Shown: positions 1 through 12,804, counted from the whole stretch's first letter. The stretch: 63,161 bases of DNA, filler included, from Saprolegnia diclina VS20 (GCF_000281045.1; 6 parts of 2 records of this genome joined end to end with filler, not necessarily neighbours in it); one strand, 5' to 3'. Numbers and translations are program-made. Notes: generated from the letters alone by a model not told the origin.

Positions 1-593
1 CGGTGGTGGTCTGACACCATTACATGATACGTTCGTCCAAGTGTTCACTGCACTGCCAATCGGCGGGATTTGTCAAGGTGGAAGCCGGTGCTGGCGATAT
101 ATCAGAGGATAGGGGAAGGGTTCTCGATGGCTTCCTCGGTTGTAAATCGCGTGGCAAGTCCACGCATCTCGTCATGTATAGGCGATGTTTGTGGAAGGTG
201 AGCTGAAAAATGTCGATGTGAGTCTTCTTGAGTTTGCACTGGAGTCGCGGCTCGGCGGCGTCGTCGGGACGAGGATGCTTCGGCACTTATTTAGTTGACA
301 CCGAGCCCGACTCACTTTCGTGTCACAGCCAATTATCACAGCCGACAGCTGGAGAGGATGGCACATCAGATAGTGTTGCGACCACGTGTGCCACAACAGA
401 GCTGTGCACCTTGCATGATAGGTGCATCATTACGCAATCTGGAAAGCCCGGACGTAGATACCTGCATCAGTTCAGGTCCGTACCAAGTACGCTACCTCCA
501 TCCATGATCTCCAGTCGCTTCAGACTGCTCATCATCGCAGCGATGTTTCACCAGATACACAAGGACGTGGTCTTTATTCGCAAGCGTCGGCGA

Positions 594-1389
594 CTAGTGG
601 CGGTCATGCACTAGATGCTCGCAGTTTCGATAGACGTTTGTCCAGCCCTCGCTCGCCGCGCGCACACACGCCTCGTACCGGATGCGCTGCACAGCGGCTG
701 CCAATTCCGCGCGTACGGCCGCCTCGCGATCGCACTCGAGCTGCTTGGTTTGGGCCGCTAACTGCCGCGCCATGTGGTCCCGCTCGGCTTCCGCGGCGCG
801 AAGCCGTGCTCGCAGCGCCCGCTCCGAGTTCAGTTGCATCCGTGCGACAGGAAACGCGTAGCGCGCAACGGCGCCGAAACACGCGGGGATCGTGAGCTCA
901 AGAACGAGAGCACCGGCGGTAGTGCGGCGAAGGTCGGCCGACGCTGCCGCACCGTTGTTGGTCAACGCCCACTACCATAGATGCCTGAGGTTGCCATCGT
1001 TTTGGAAATCGTTCGATACCTGAGCACCGGCGACGACCGCTGTCATGGGTAAGACAACGTCACCCGTGTTGTGCACGGCGAGATCGCGCACCGAGATGTA
1101 CCTACGAACGCATGAGTCGCTGCGGACGAGACGCACGTGTTGTTGACCATTGCTCGTGCGTCGACGTCGACTCGATCCAAAGTGCAAACGTGTCGTCGGC
1201 GGCGGTGACAAGGACGTGGAAACTCTCGGGTTGCGACCGAAAGCGGAGATTACGCTCGTAGAGCAACGTCGTGCCAGCAGAAGGAAGATCCTTTGAACGC
1301 GAGAGCCACTGCCCGAAGAGGATGACAAGAAGCCATGCGCCAAGAAGCGCGGACCCCAATGGATTCGGATGCTTGGCGACGTAGGACAT
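594..1389 (-). CDS. Hypothetical 3-exon protein: N-terminal hydrophobic segment, XRCC4/SAS-6/CCDC61-like head (inferred), C-terminal coiled coil
   Basis: ATG at 1389 (MSYVAKHPNPLGSALLGAWLLVILFG). GT-AG introns 1147-1102 (phase 2, in a Trp codon) and 1019-972 (phase 0) join ...ALWIESTSTHEQW-YISVRDL...VVAGAQ-WALTNNG...LELTIPACFGAVARYAFPV...LRARLRAAEAERDHM. Similar to the gene at 11664. Confidence 0.7.
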
Positions 1390-1513
1390 TGCTGGCAAGT
1401 CGATTTCTGCCAAGTGATGGCCCGTCGTGGGCACCTGGGACCCGGCGCCAACGGCTCCACCACCAACGGTTGGATGCAAACCGGAGACTTGCCAACGCTT
1501 AGGTATGATGCAC

Positions 1514-1888
1514 TCAACTAGGCGTCACGTCCGTGTAGGCTTCGCCGGTGGCAAACTTGTGCTGGACGACCTCGAGGACATGGCGGACGGCCGCGCGAGA
1601 GCCAATAGGGAGCTTGAGTGCCTTGACCAGCGTCGAAACCGTGCCGTTGACACCGTCCCACTTGGTCTCGTCGGGCGCCGCGAGCACGTGGATGTAGTAG
1701 AACGCAATGAGCTGGCGCCGCTCGGGGGCGGCGAGTACCATCTTTGGTGCATCCCGTGGTTTCCCCACGCGCGGCGTCGTGGTTCGCGCCTTTTTCTTGG
1801 TCGAAATTTGGCGCTTGAGGGCGTCGGCGAGGCGCTTGGATGCTCGGGTCTTCTTCTCTGCGTCGGTCGTTGGGTCCTTCTTGCTCAT
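1514..1888 (-). CDS. Small basic hypothetical protein
   Basis: ATG at 1888 (MSKKDPTT...), Lys/Arg-rich N-terminus, 124 codons with coding-like GC usage; no family recognised. Confidence 0.45.
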   Translation of the reverse strand: MSKKDPTTDAEKKTRASKRLADALKRQISTKKKARTTTPRVGKPRDAPKMVLAAPERRQLIAFYYIHVLAAPDETKWDGVNGTVSTLVKALKLPIGSRAAVRHVLEVVQHKFATGEAYTDVTPS

Positions 1889-2329
1889 GGAGGGCGCTTG
1901 GTGTTGTGGGAGGCCGCGCAGAGACAAGGCACCAACGACCGGATCAGTTTTAAACACACCAGAAAATACGCACCGGCGTTGTTGTCTCTATGCACGGCTC
2001 GTGCGGCCAGTGGTGAAGCTCTGGACCGAATGGAAGGGCAGAATGTTGCGCCGACAGCAACGGCGTGTGCAGACAACAAGCAGCTGCAGTCGTACAGCGT
2101 GGTCGTCTTTGTGCTTGTGACGGGTTTGGGGCGAGCGCGGAACGTCCGTTGGGTACGCGGCAGAGGTGCTAGCATGGACAAAACCAGTCCACAACGGTGC
2201 CTTCTCTCGATAGACGGGGTTCATACCGAGCAAGCAACGGCCACGAGAACTACGCCGCGTCCCAACGTTTGGTGACGTTCGACCAAAGTGGTTTTCTCAA
2301 CTTCCATTCAAACGCTTGCAAAACTGGGT

Positions 2330-4549
2330 TCATACGCTACAAAGCAGTGCCGTGAGGGTCGCGACGACGGCGTGGGCCGCGGGCCGGGCCTTGGGGTTTG
2401 GGTGCAAGCACAAGTCGGCGAGAGCAACGAGGCCGGGTGGACACGACGCGCCAAATTTGGGCTTGAGCTGGCCGTTGACGACGCGCTGTAAGATTGCGAG
2501 GTTGGTGAGGTCGTTGCCCGACGCTGTGCGCTCGTTTGCAAACGGAATCTGGTGCGAGTCGAGCTCCGAAAGGACAATGCCAAAGGCGTAAATGTCGGCC
2601 GCCTTGGTGTACGCGTCGCCCGTGAGCACCTCGGGCGCCATCCAGCGCGACGTGCCAAAGCCGTGGCTTGTCACGTCCACCGTGTCCTCGACCGTCGGGT
2701 GTAGCTGCAGCGCGACGCCAAAGTCGCACACCTTGGCACCATTCTCGCTCGGGTCCACGAGCACGTTCTTGGCCTTGATGTCGCGATGAACCATATCAAG
2801 GCTGTGGAGGTACTCGAGGGCCTCGGCAATGTGCAGCGCGTAGCGCACTTTGGTCGACGGCCACTTCATGTTCGGGTCCAAGTCGAGAAGCGCGCGGAGG
2901 TCGCCGCCGGCCACGTACTCGGTCAGTAGCATCATGTCGCGCTTCGACTTTGGCCACGCCGCGCCAATGCAGCGCACGATTCGTGGGTGGTCCAAGCTAG
3001 TAATAGCAATATTGAGACGCTGGTCCATGTAAACCGAAGCGAAATGATGTAGAATCTACCTCGCGAGCAGTGTAATCTCGCGCAGAAAGGCCGCAATGTC
3101 GCTCTGACTGCGCTTCTCGGGCAATAAGATCTTGATGGCGACGACCGACGCGTGGTAATGGCCGAGCCAAACCTCGCCGTAGCCGCCTTGGGCCAATCGC
3201 TTCTCCATCGAAATAGCGTCGCACTCGAGGCGCGGAACGTTGTGTTCAAAGCGCGTCGTGAGCGGCGACATTGCGAGCGACTCCATGCTGGCGTAGATGA
3301 CCTGCTCGACCGAGAGAAGGCGCTCGCGCTCGCCCGACGAGTGGCTCGACGTGTACTGCACGCCGCGCGAGTAGGTGCGCCGACGCTTGTACACAAAGCA
3401 AACAAAAACGCCGACAATGGCTTCAATAATCCCCGAGACGAGGAGGAACCAGCTGAGCGTCGAGTAGCTCCAAAAGCCAGAGGCTGTTGGTGCCGACGTG
3501 GGCAGCGGCGGCCCGACCGTCGATGTGACGCAGACGATATTGCCTTTGAGTGAGTGCGCTTGGTCGTCGCCGCAGTCGGCCGCACCACCGGGCGGCGCGT
3601 CCACATCAAAATAGTCGAGCGCCGAGAGAAATTCAAACTCGTTGTACGTGATGCGGACGGGCACCGGGATCGAATTGCTTGCGAGGTAGAGCTCGGCGAG
3701 GTCGAGCATGCCATAGATGCAGTTGGGTATCGCCGACAGCGCATTACCCGTCAAGTCGCTACAGTCCAATGTTTGAGTGCTATAACAATTCGAGGAAATA
3801 CATACAGACGGCTGAGGTTGGGCGCCGAGAGGTTGAACGTCGTCAAGTTGTTGTTCTTGGCATTCCTAACAGATCGTAAGAGAAGGATGTGGCATGGACG
3901 CGCACGTACACGGCAACGAGGTTGGTGTATGTGATGGTCGATGGCTTCTTGGCGATCGAGACAATTTGGTTGTTGGAAATGTCGCTACACGCGAATGAGA
4001 TGAAGACAAAGGACTACCGATTCCTACAGTTGCCGTAGCGCGGTCATGGCGCCAATGTCATGTGGCAAGGTTGTCAGATCGCAGTTGGCAATCATGCTGG
4101 CAAGATAGACAATATGTCCACATCATTTCTTTGGCGAGAAATATCGCGTACACGTCTGTGAGCTGCGGTGGCAGCGAGTACCGTGGTAGCACCGAGAGCT
4201 CGACGTTGGCAATGGTCCTAACAGCACATTCAAGTCGCCCGAAGCATGCAAATCAGCTCGAGAACGCACAGCTTGGTGATGTTGGGGTTGGTGTAGAGCA
4301 GTTGATCATGTGTCACGCTCATCCAGTTGTCGGGCTGCGCCGTACCGCGCTCGCCGACGCTGGAGCCCCAGGACCAGATTCTACGAGAACGAGTTTGCCC
4401 TTGCTGCCACGCGTGCATGCTACGTACACTTCGTGGTCGCCGATGTAGTGCTCCGGCGCAACGGCCTCGGACTCGCCTCGCAATCCGTACGCCGCGTGCA
4501 AACCGACAGCCAGAGCGCTCGCCGCCCAGCGCGACCTTCGTCGCCCCAT
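2330..4549 (-). CDS. LRR receptor-like kinase (TKL family), multi-exon
   Basis: Signal-like N-terminus MGRRRSRWAASALAVGLHAAYG; LRR exons (LTIANVELSVLP, MIANCDLTTLPHDIG, LDISNNQI, NAKNNNLTTF, LDLTGNALSAIP); TM WFLLVSGIIEAIVGVFVCFVY; kinase motifs GGYGEV, VAIK, HRDIKAKN, DFG, WMAPE, DIYAFG. Confidence 0.92.
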
Positions 4550-5326
4550 CGCTCCGGTCTCGCAAAAAATCGAATATCGAACTCAGATGTGGGTGCAAGC
4601 GTGTCAGAATCCATCGCGTTCGGCAGAATATCACATTGCGAGGTATATCGAGTCCGCACCTTCAACTTTGTAGGTGACGAAGCAGAAGCAAGGTATGCAT
4701 TCCTACAGGATATTGAGTCTTGCATCTTCTCGTTTAGGTACGGTTTGGGGTTGAAACGGATCCCTGGCGCACTTTATCGCACACCGCCACTTCAACGCGT
4801 CATAAAATGCGACGGACCCGTTGAGCATACAAATATCAAGGTATTTTTTCGCGCGGGACCTACCATGTGGGTTGAAGGACCAGACGTGGCATGGACTGTC
4901 GCATGCGATCTACATTGGATGCGAGCGAACAAAGCGCCACTGGCATCCGACTACGGAGCGATGGTGCATGGGGATTGTTGAAGGAGAGGATGTCATTGCC
5001 ACCTCCATTTTCGAACCAGCGCCTTGTCGAGCGACGAGGACCAAGCAAAAGGCACCCAACGTGGGCGATGGCCGAGGTTGCAGTATCCGCTGGTGAATAG
5101 TACATGATGTCGGTAGGGTACGGTAGCGCTGCATTGACCATGCAGTGGCAAGCCGATGCGTGTCCAAGGGTGCAGATTGCATAGACATAGATGTACTAGT
5201 AGTGACGATCGAAGAAGCGGTTCCTAAACGTTAAGGGATGGTGCATGGATGCATGGGACTCGCATCATAGAGGCTTACCCTGAATTAAATTACGCGAAAT
5301 AATGTGTAGTTGGAACTGCTTGGCGG

Positions 5327-7376
5327 CTAAAGAAACGACACGGGTGTCATCGAGATTGCCTGGATTGTCATGCGGCGCTTCTTGGGGGCGTGGTTCGTCT
5401 GCAAGATCGGCTTGCCAGAAGAACTCGTGTGCGGCCCCTTGCTGGCTTGCACCGGCGAGCGATCGCGCTTTTTCGGGCGATTTTTGGCTTCGTTCACTAA
5501 ACCCACGCACGAGTGACAATCGCATCGGAGTACAAGAGAAAAAGACAACAGTACGTGATTGAATGGCGGCCTGAATCACGTGCCGTGTCGATTCTATGCA
5601 GGACATGCTACTTGAGGTGCGAAATGATGCAAAGGGAGTCGTACCGTCGTAGAGCACGGGGTATCCATTGAACGACGGCGGCTTCGACATGTCGACAAGA
5701 TGCTCGTGATGCATACGCATGATGATGGCCTTGGAAAAGAGGAGCGTCCACGAGAAGAACTTGGCAAGAGCAAGCACGGATACGTAGCGGCGAAGCTTTC
5801 CGTGGGCAAACTGAATGGCCTGGTAGTACGACAGGTCTTGGTAAACCCCGACGCGATACGAGTCCACAGCGTCGGGATTCGGGATAAGAACCTTCTCTGC
5901 GCAGAGCTACCGCACGCATAAGAACTTGGTGTAGTATCAATAGGTTGCCAACCTCGTCCACGCGTTTTTTCATGAGCGATGGAGCAAGGTCGAATCTCGT
6001 CAAGATTCTAGAGCCAAATAATGTATCGGTGAACGAGATCATTGTCGCGACAGACAACGTACTCTGACATCTCGATGGTCTCAAACTGGACGCAGTACTT
6101 CATAATGTCTTCCTTCGCCAGCGCTTGGCTCGGCTGGGTCGCTCGTTGCGTCGGCACGTCAATCGGTGATGGTGGCTGTGTGGCTGCAACGGGGCTCACG
6201 CTGGACGGAGGGCTCCCGCCGCCGAACGAATGCCCTCCTTCAGTGGCAGGCGACATTGGCGCTTGAGCTTGAGATAAGCTTTCCTGAGGCAGCTCTTGCG
6301 CCGCGACCTGAAATGCGTCTTCGGACGCTTCCAGACGCATCGAAACGAAGTGGAACGGCGTCATGATCCGTCCCTGCCACATCATGAGGCTCACATCGTT
6401 CGAGAAAAAGGTGGTACCAGATCGACCTTCAGAGAGGGCTTCACGAACTCTTCGCTCAAGTCCGACGTTGCTTGCTTGAAGTACTTCGGCTGCCAATCGC
6501 GTGGGCACGTCTCTACGTTGAAGTTATGAGTGGTAGAATCATACTAGTATGAGCTGAGTCAGTGGCAGCGCACCGTTGTACGTAAGCTTCATCGTCAGCA
6601 AGCGGTTCCCAGGAAGCGCGTCGAGAGAGTTCGTGATGCTCACAAGCGACCGAATCATCTGGATCGCTTGGTCCTTGATCTTCTCGGGGTCTGAGCTCAC
6701 AACTTCATGACCCAGAAAGCTGGTCGTGAGCGTCGTTGCATCCGGCGTATTTCGGATCTTGAACGAATAGCTGCAATACGGTACACACGACTTTGTAAAA
6801 ATCCAGTGTGAAGGCCATAGCACGTACCTCTCGAGGAGCTTGTCGGGCTTGGCATCCTTCCCGACCGCGTAAATGCAGAAGACGAGTTGTTCCAGATACT
6901 CCTTCTCGAGAGCTTCGAACGCGCCTTCTTCCATCCACAGCGTCAAGGCCAATGCGTCTCGCATCGCTGTATCGACGCCATCTTTCTCGGGCGCAAGGCA
7001 GTGGATGTGCATGTCGGCGTAGACGCGCTTCCGGAAGACGTCCTCGGGGAAGAGGCCTAGGATGAAGTAGCGCATGATGGGCACCATTCGACGTCGCGGG
7101 AAGAGGACTTCGCAGGTAGCAGATCTCTGAGACCGAGACGCGGATCATGTTCTTGACGACGTTCGTCGACTGGACGCGGGAAATCTTGGTCGGTGCGGGG
7201 GGAGACATCGGGACGACGTCAGACGCCATCAGCGGGGTGACCTTAGGGCGGGGGCTCGCTGTCATCGGAGGCGCCATCTTCGTCGTCATGGGCTCCTCGA
7301 TGGCTCGGTCGTATGCTTCCGCGGGCTGCGCGACCTTTTTCTTCACGGTTCTCTTCAAGGCGCGGGGCTTGGTCAT
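5327..7376 (-). CDS. HOP1: Meiotic HORMA-domain protein (Hop1/HORMAD/ASY1-like), multi-exon
   Basis: HORMA signature QSTNVVKNMIRVSVSEICYLR-GLFPEDVF...WMEEGAFEALEKEYL...LLERY-SFKI...SLDALPGNRLLTMKLTYN-ETCPRDWQPKYF; Ser/Pro linker; helical region; C-terminus KKRRMTIQAISMTPVSFL*. Start and splice sites inferred by eye. Confidence 0.85.
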
Positions 7377-7623
7377 CGCTGGTCCTTTTCCTCTGGTCGT
7401 CTCTCGAGCTTGGCAAATTGGCAAATGACGGTTCTCGCGCGCGAATGCATCGAACGCGATCTTCCGGTTATCATCTTGCATCCGGAACACTGGTTCTTCT
7501 CGGCCAATCGCAATGCGTCGTGTTGAATCAAACACATCATACATACAAATCGTTGTGTAAACGTATAAAACACAATACTGCAGCCTATGTTTTATACACA
7601 AGATCGGGCGAGACCGCTCGGCA
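7377..7623. promoter_or_regulatory. Probable bidirectional promoter between HOP1-like and TBC1D19-like genes
   Basis: About 250-bp AT-richer spacer between divergent ATGs; contains CCAAT (ggccaatc near 7502). Confidence 0.4.
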
Positions 7624-9466
7624 ATGGCAGCGCCCGGTCCTGCGAGCGACTACCATGAGCAGTCAATGGAAGGCAAGATCGCGTACATCTACGAGCGCAT
7701 GAAAGACTCACCGTTCCTTGGGCAATGTCGGAACACGATGAAGCACGAGCTCAAGAAGCAGCTGAGCGCAATGGACGCGACCGATGGCCCAATCGAGGTC
7801 AACCTGAGCTACCTCATGCAGCGACTTGGCCTTACGCAGGCCATCAAGAACGCGGTTATGGATATGCACACGCAGGCCATGAGCCAGCGCCAGGACGCGA
7901 GCCCGCACGACAAGCGGCTCTTGATCCGAGACGACGACCGCAAGGAGCCGCTAGACACGATCGAAGCCGCCCGTCAGCAGTGGGACACGAGCATGACGAG
8001 CGCGTTCGTCAAGTACTGCGCCGAGGCCGGGCTCCCGTACCTCAATGAGACCAAGGATGCGTTGCCCATCATCGGAACGCGATTTCTCTGCACGAGGTTG
8101 CATGGACCATCCCAACCATCCTCTTATGGTTGTGGCGTAGTGACGACTTTCTGCAAGCACTCCAGCGCATCAAGGCTGTGAACCGCGCAGCCCACATTGA
8201 CGCCGACTACTGGTGCACGATCCAGCCACTGCTGTACACCAAGACGTCGGTCGAGATGCAGCAGCGCTACGTCGTACGTCGATGCAGCACCGATGCCGCA
8301 TCATCATGATCGTCGTAGGAGCTGGGGCCGACACATGCGCAGTTTGGCCTCGACGAAGACGTGCCGAACATCATTGGCGACTACGTGTACATTGCCAATA
8401 AGAACAAGATTGGCGACCGAGTCCTTGGGAACGGAACAGTGCCCAACGCTCGGCAGTACGCCAAGACTGGATGCCCCATCAACATCCGTCCACACGTAAG
8501 GAGAACGACGACTGACGCTACGCTCATGAGCATGGGTAGGTGTGGCGGCAGGCGCTCAATGTCGTCGTCAACGCCGAGAAGCAAGCGCATTTCACGCAGC
8601 TCCGAGCTCTCACAACGTCGAGCGTGTATGCGACCGACGGCATGTACCTGCTCGACGTTCAGCAGACGACCGACAGCTCCGACTATTTTCCATTTGAAGA
8701 TCACTTGCGCAGCGTCATGCTGGCCTTCTCGCGCGACGCGTCGATTCGGACACAGGCCGCGGCCAGCATCGAGTCACCATTGTCGACGACCATGAGCCAC
8801 GGCGCGTCGACGGCCGTGCCGCCCTCGGGGGTGCTGCCGCGCAGTGGGCTCGTTATGTACGCGGCGCCGCTCTGCTACCTCTACGACGACCCGGCGCACG
8901 TATACTTTATCTTTTGCGAAATGTACTGTCGGTACTGGTGCCAGCTCCACGTCATTTCGTCCAAACCCAATGCAATTCTGACGCTCTGCAAGACGTTCGA
9001 GTCGCTGCTTGTGCGGTATGCGCTGCCTCTGGAGCGTTGCGTACTGATGCACTTCGTAGCACGATCCCGCACGTCGTGCACCATTTGCTACAGGTACATA
9101 TACCTTGCTGCCACCGGGTTGGAACGCCGTGGGTAGCATGGGATCACGCCGCTCGCGATTGCGTTTCCATGGATCCAAAGCGGCTTCTCGGGCATCCTGG
9201 AGATTGATCAGGTCGCCCTTCTTCAAATGCGTTGGTGGTTGCGATGTCTAAATGGTGGGTAGGTCCTCTTGCTCTGGGACCGCGTGTTGGGCTATGATAG
9301 CTTGGAAATCCTCCCGATCTTTGCTGCTGCCATGTTCACGTTTCGCGCCAACGATTTACTGCTCGTCTTGCGCGCCGACGACGTCCGCGACTTGTTCTCT
9401 GAGGCGCTCGAGATCCAAGTGCTTCCGATCTTGCAGCATTTTCTCTTTCCCCTGGACTCGGAATAA
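7624..9466 (+). CDS. TBC1D19: TBC1 domain family member 19-like RabGAP, multi-exon
   Basis: ARQYAKTGCP...WRQAL, SDYFPFEDHL, VPPSGVLP..GLVMYAAPLCYLY, YCRYWCQLHVISS, IAFPWI..GFSG.LEIDQ, LLWDRVLGYDSLEILPIFAAAMFTFR match the TBC1D19 pattern. Confidence 0.85.
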
Positions 9467-9653
9467 CACACTATTCATTTTGATGCTACGACAATAATTG
9501 ATGTGAGCTCGAGCTGCCGACACTGTGTCGCTCCTGAGTACTCGCTTAGGTTCCGACAGCGCGGTGTGGACCACAGATGTCGCTCGTGATTTGCTTCAGA
9601 TACAAGGACATACTATACAACTACAAGGCTGTCGACATTGGGTCCATATAAAA

Positions 9654-10302
9654 TTAGGCTATGACGAGGCTTTTGGGTACGCCTTTGTAAACAGCGATGC
9701 TGTCGTTGACGCGGAAGCCCCAGTGGTAGTAGTGCGTTCGCATGAGAAGCTCGAGGAGGTGCTGGATCCGACCGGACGTGTGGTGGAGGTCGGTCTCGAA
9801 CGTGTACATGTCACCCATCCGGCGCGGCGCCTCGGTGCGCAGCCAGCAAAAGAGGTTGGTGTCAACGTCGGTCTCGAGCACAATCTTGCGCTGCACCGCT
9901 GCGTCGTGCTGCGTCACAAGTGCCTGCGCAAACGCGACAAACGTATCGAACGTCCACCATACGTGGTAGCTCATCGACGAAGCGTCGGTCGTCGATAGCT
10001 GCAGCTGGAACGCACGGTCGCGGCGCGAGAAGGCGTGGACGCGCAGCGAACGAAGGCAGTGCACGCCACGATGCCGCAATACGAGCGCGAAGAGCGCAGC
10101 GTCACAGACACTCGAACGAGTCGGGCGGCACGGGGCCAAAGACATCGCCGAGGGCATTGGTGTCAAGAGGAGCGAAGAGCAGGCGCTTGAAGAAGGCGAC
10201 TTCGTCGGCCAGTGTTTGTCGCGGCAAGTCGATGTACTCGGCCTTGGCGAGGAGCAAGTCGGCGCCCGCGGTCGAGCTGCTACGGGCGATGTCGTCCAAC
10301 AT
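9654..10302 (-). CDS. Hypothetical protein (possible degenerate PX-like segment); 5' structure uncertain
   Basis: Coding-like frame ...FQLQLSTTDASSMSYHVWWTFDTFVAFAQAL...; the upstream ATG at 10302 is in another frame and I could not resolve the junction. Confidence 0.45.
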
Positions 10303-11663
10303 GGCTCAAAAGGTAAAGTAGCCAACTCGTTTATGCTATGCGCGCAGAATCACTTCCAGCGGGTTCCAGTACACTGTATGAGGCTGTCGAGACAGTGTTT
10401 ATCAAGAGTGCCTCAATTGCAGCCGTGACCAATTCCGTGTCCAGACAATTGGACTACGCGTACACGGGTGAGCGCCACCGACAGGCGCTACCCGAGTGGT
10501 TTGCACCTGGTCATGCACGTTGGGTCATGGTGTCGTCGACATAACTGCGGCCGATCGAGTCGACGCGAGATTCACAACGATACAGTGTATGCATTGTGGG
10601 AGGTTTTTCGTACAGAGTACAAAAACGTTGGTCTGGCCTCTGGGCGCATGCACGTGCGTGTTTTGGCTGCTAGAGGATTGAGCTGTTACTAGTACTTGCA
10701 CTGGGCTGTACTATGGATAAGGAGTTCTGGATGTTGCAATGCATAGAGCCGAGCAGCGTCCTAGAATCATCCAAGTGAGATGTGAACTGTCTCGACATGG
10801 ACGACACGTCGGTGGTATATAGATTGATAGAGTTTGACTAGCCAGATGGAATGTGGTGTCCTGTACGGCGAGTGTACGAGTACGCTTTATGTACTGTACG
10901 GTGGTACTGGATGTACGAAATAAAGTGCTCTCGCAACGCGCCACGTCATTGTACGACGAGAGCAACTAACGTGGATCATCATGACCCATGTGTGGATTCG
11001 ACCGTTTTGACCGTCAAGAGAACAAGCGCGTGCGCGGTTCCTATTTGTAGAATTTGTCTTAGCGCGAAAGCCCAAATCATCATTCCACGTGCGAGTTGGC
11101 GTGGGAATGACAGCATGCATGGCTTTGGAGCCAACGCCCAAGAGCACGAGGCCTCCAAGCCCGTGGATTTCGATGCGATCGCTTGGGATGTCAAGCAAGT
11201 CGTGTGCTCCTCAGTATCCTCAAAGAGCAATTTAAAAAATGGTTTTGCGACACTACAGAAATGTACTGCGGTCGCTCGCGGTCGCTCGACGCCTTCTCGG
11301 TGTCCATATTGCGCCGAATTCATGCAGTCGAGTCAAAATACAGTCGTGCATGTGCAAGTAGGACGCCATCGACACTTGAGTGTCGGACATGGTCGACTTG
11401 ATTGTTATATCTCGAGGCACTTCCTTTGTCTAAACTCTAGCTGAAACGCAACGAACGGCAGGGATTTTTTCGAGGTTAAGATTAGGGTCTAACGCCTGAT
11501 ATGATGTTTCGATTGGTTCAATCCAAGCTTACGGTCGACGCGTTGAGGGAACGTGACACACCGTTGGTACGAAATCGCTTGGGAAGAACGGTGCATTCTC
11601 CTGCGCAACTAGTTGTTTTATAGTAGTTTTTGGTGACATACCTTGATTGGTTGTGTTGCCAGC

Positions 11664-12636
11664 ATGTCGGACTCTGCCCTCTCGCTTGCACATCTGTACT
11701 GTGAGTTTGCCGACGTTGTCCTTCCATCGACGGTCCACGACGGCCCCTACCGGGTGCGCATCCATACGAACGCGGCTCAAACCAGTGCGCTGATCTGGCT
11801 CGAGTCCAAAACGACCAAGCAACAATGGTCGCCTCATTTACCGCAACTTTCACAACATTTATCATTGCTCGTTAGGCAATGCGTGATCGAGGATTTTGCA
11901 ACGCACATGGAAACGACGTATGCGCTTCCGAATGCCATTCTCTTGGCCGCTATCAAGGTACGCTTCTGCCATATCGTACTACCAAGCTTAGGCAATTTAA
12001 CGCTGGTAGAACGGACTCGCTACCGTGGACAGAACATCGCCAATGGCGTTCAGCGATGTCGTGGCGACGCCAGCTAGCTCAATTACTCTCGGTGCGAAGC
12101 ACGGTGCCTTGACGCTGGGGATTGCGGTCCAAATCTTGCCCGAGTGGACAACGTCCTACAGCTTTGCGATGACGCCGAAGAAAGTCGATGTCGTCGACAT
12201 CTTGGAGGCTCGCATCCGCGACCTTCAAGAAATAATCACCCGGCGACGTGTTGCGTTCTGCACCGTCACATCGGTCACGAGCAGATCGAGCGACCCATGC
12301 GCGTGGACAGTAAAAGACGCAGAGCAGGCTGCGGCGCTCATTCACCTCAAAGACGATGACCAGAGCGTTGTCGTCCTCGAGTCTGGCGTGTACACCATTC
12401 ACTGTGTTGGTGAGGTGAGCGGGACAATGTCCTCGTCGATGTCCCTCGACATCAATTCGATTCGCGCCCACAACACGTCGTTCACGAACAATGTGAATTC
12501 AAGCCATAACCTCGCCATCACCCATGTGGCACATCTGGATGCGGGCGCGAGCATCCGGCTTGGTGCTCTCGCTCAATGGTACGCAAGCCCTGTGTCGATG
12601 ACGATATTCCTGCACGAACGTGACAACATGTTCTAA
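11664..12636 (+). CDS. Hypothetical 3-exon protein: XRCC4/SAS-6/CCDC61-like head, short coiled coil, C1q/TNF-like beta-sandwich tail (inferred)
   Basis: Introns 11828-11875 (phase 2, in Trp) and 11958-12009 (phase 0) give ...LIWLESKTTKQQW-QCVIEDF...LLAAIK-NGLATVD...SYSFAMTP..VDVVDILEARIRDLQE...VVVLESGVYTIHC...LDIN...HVAHLDAGASIRL. Confidence 0.8.
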
Positions 12637-12804
12637 TCCCGGAGACTACGCATATGTGAATATAGGTTCATTCTCATCCAACCCCAATCGCGTCCATTTC
12701 ATAACACAAGTTTAGCGTCGAATCGACAGCTCACAAAACATGTATTATGCATTTCCCACGTCAAAGAATAGGTTAGCCAAAATCACAACACCTACTAGTC
12801 CCGC

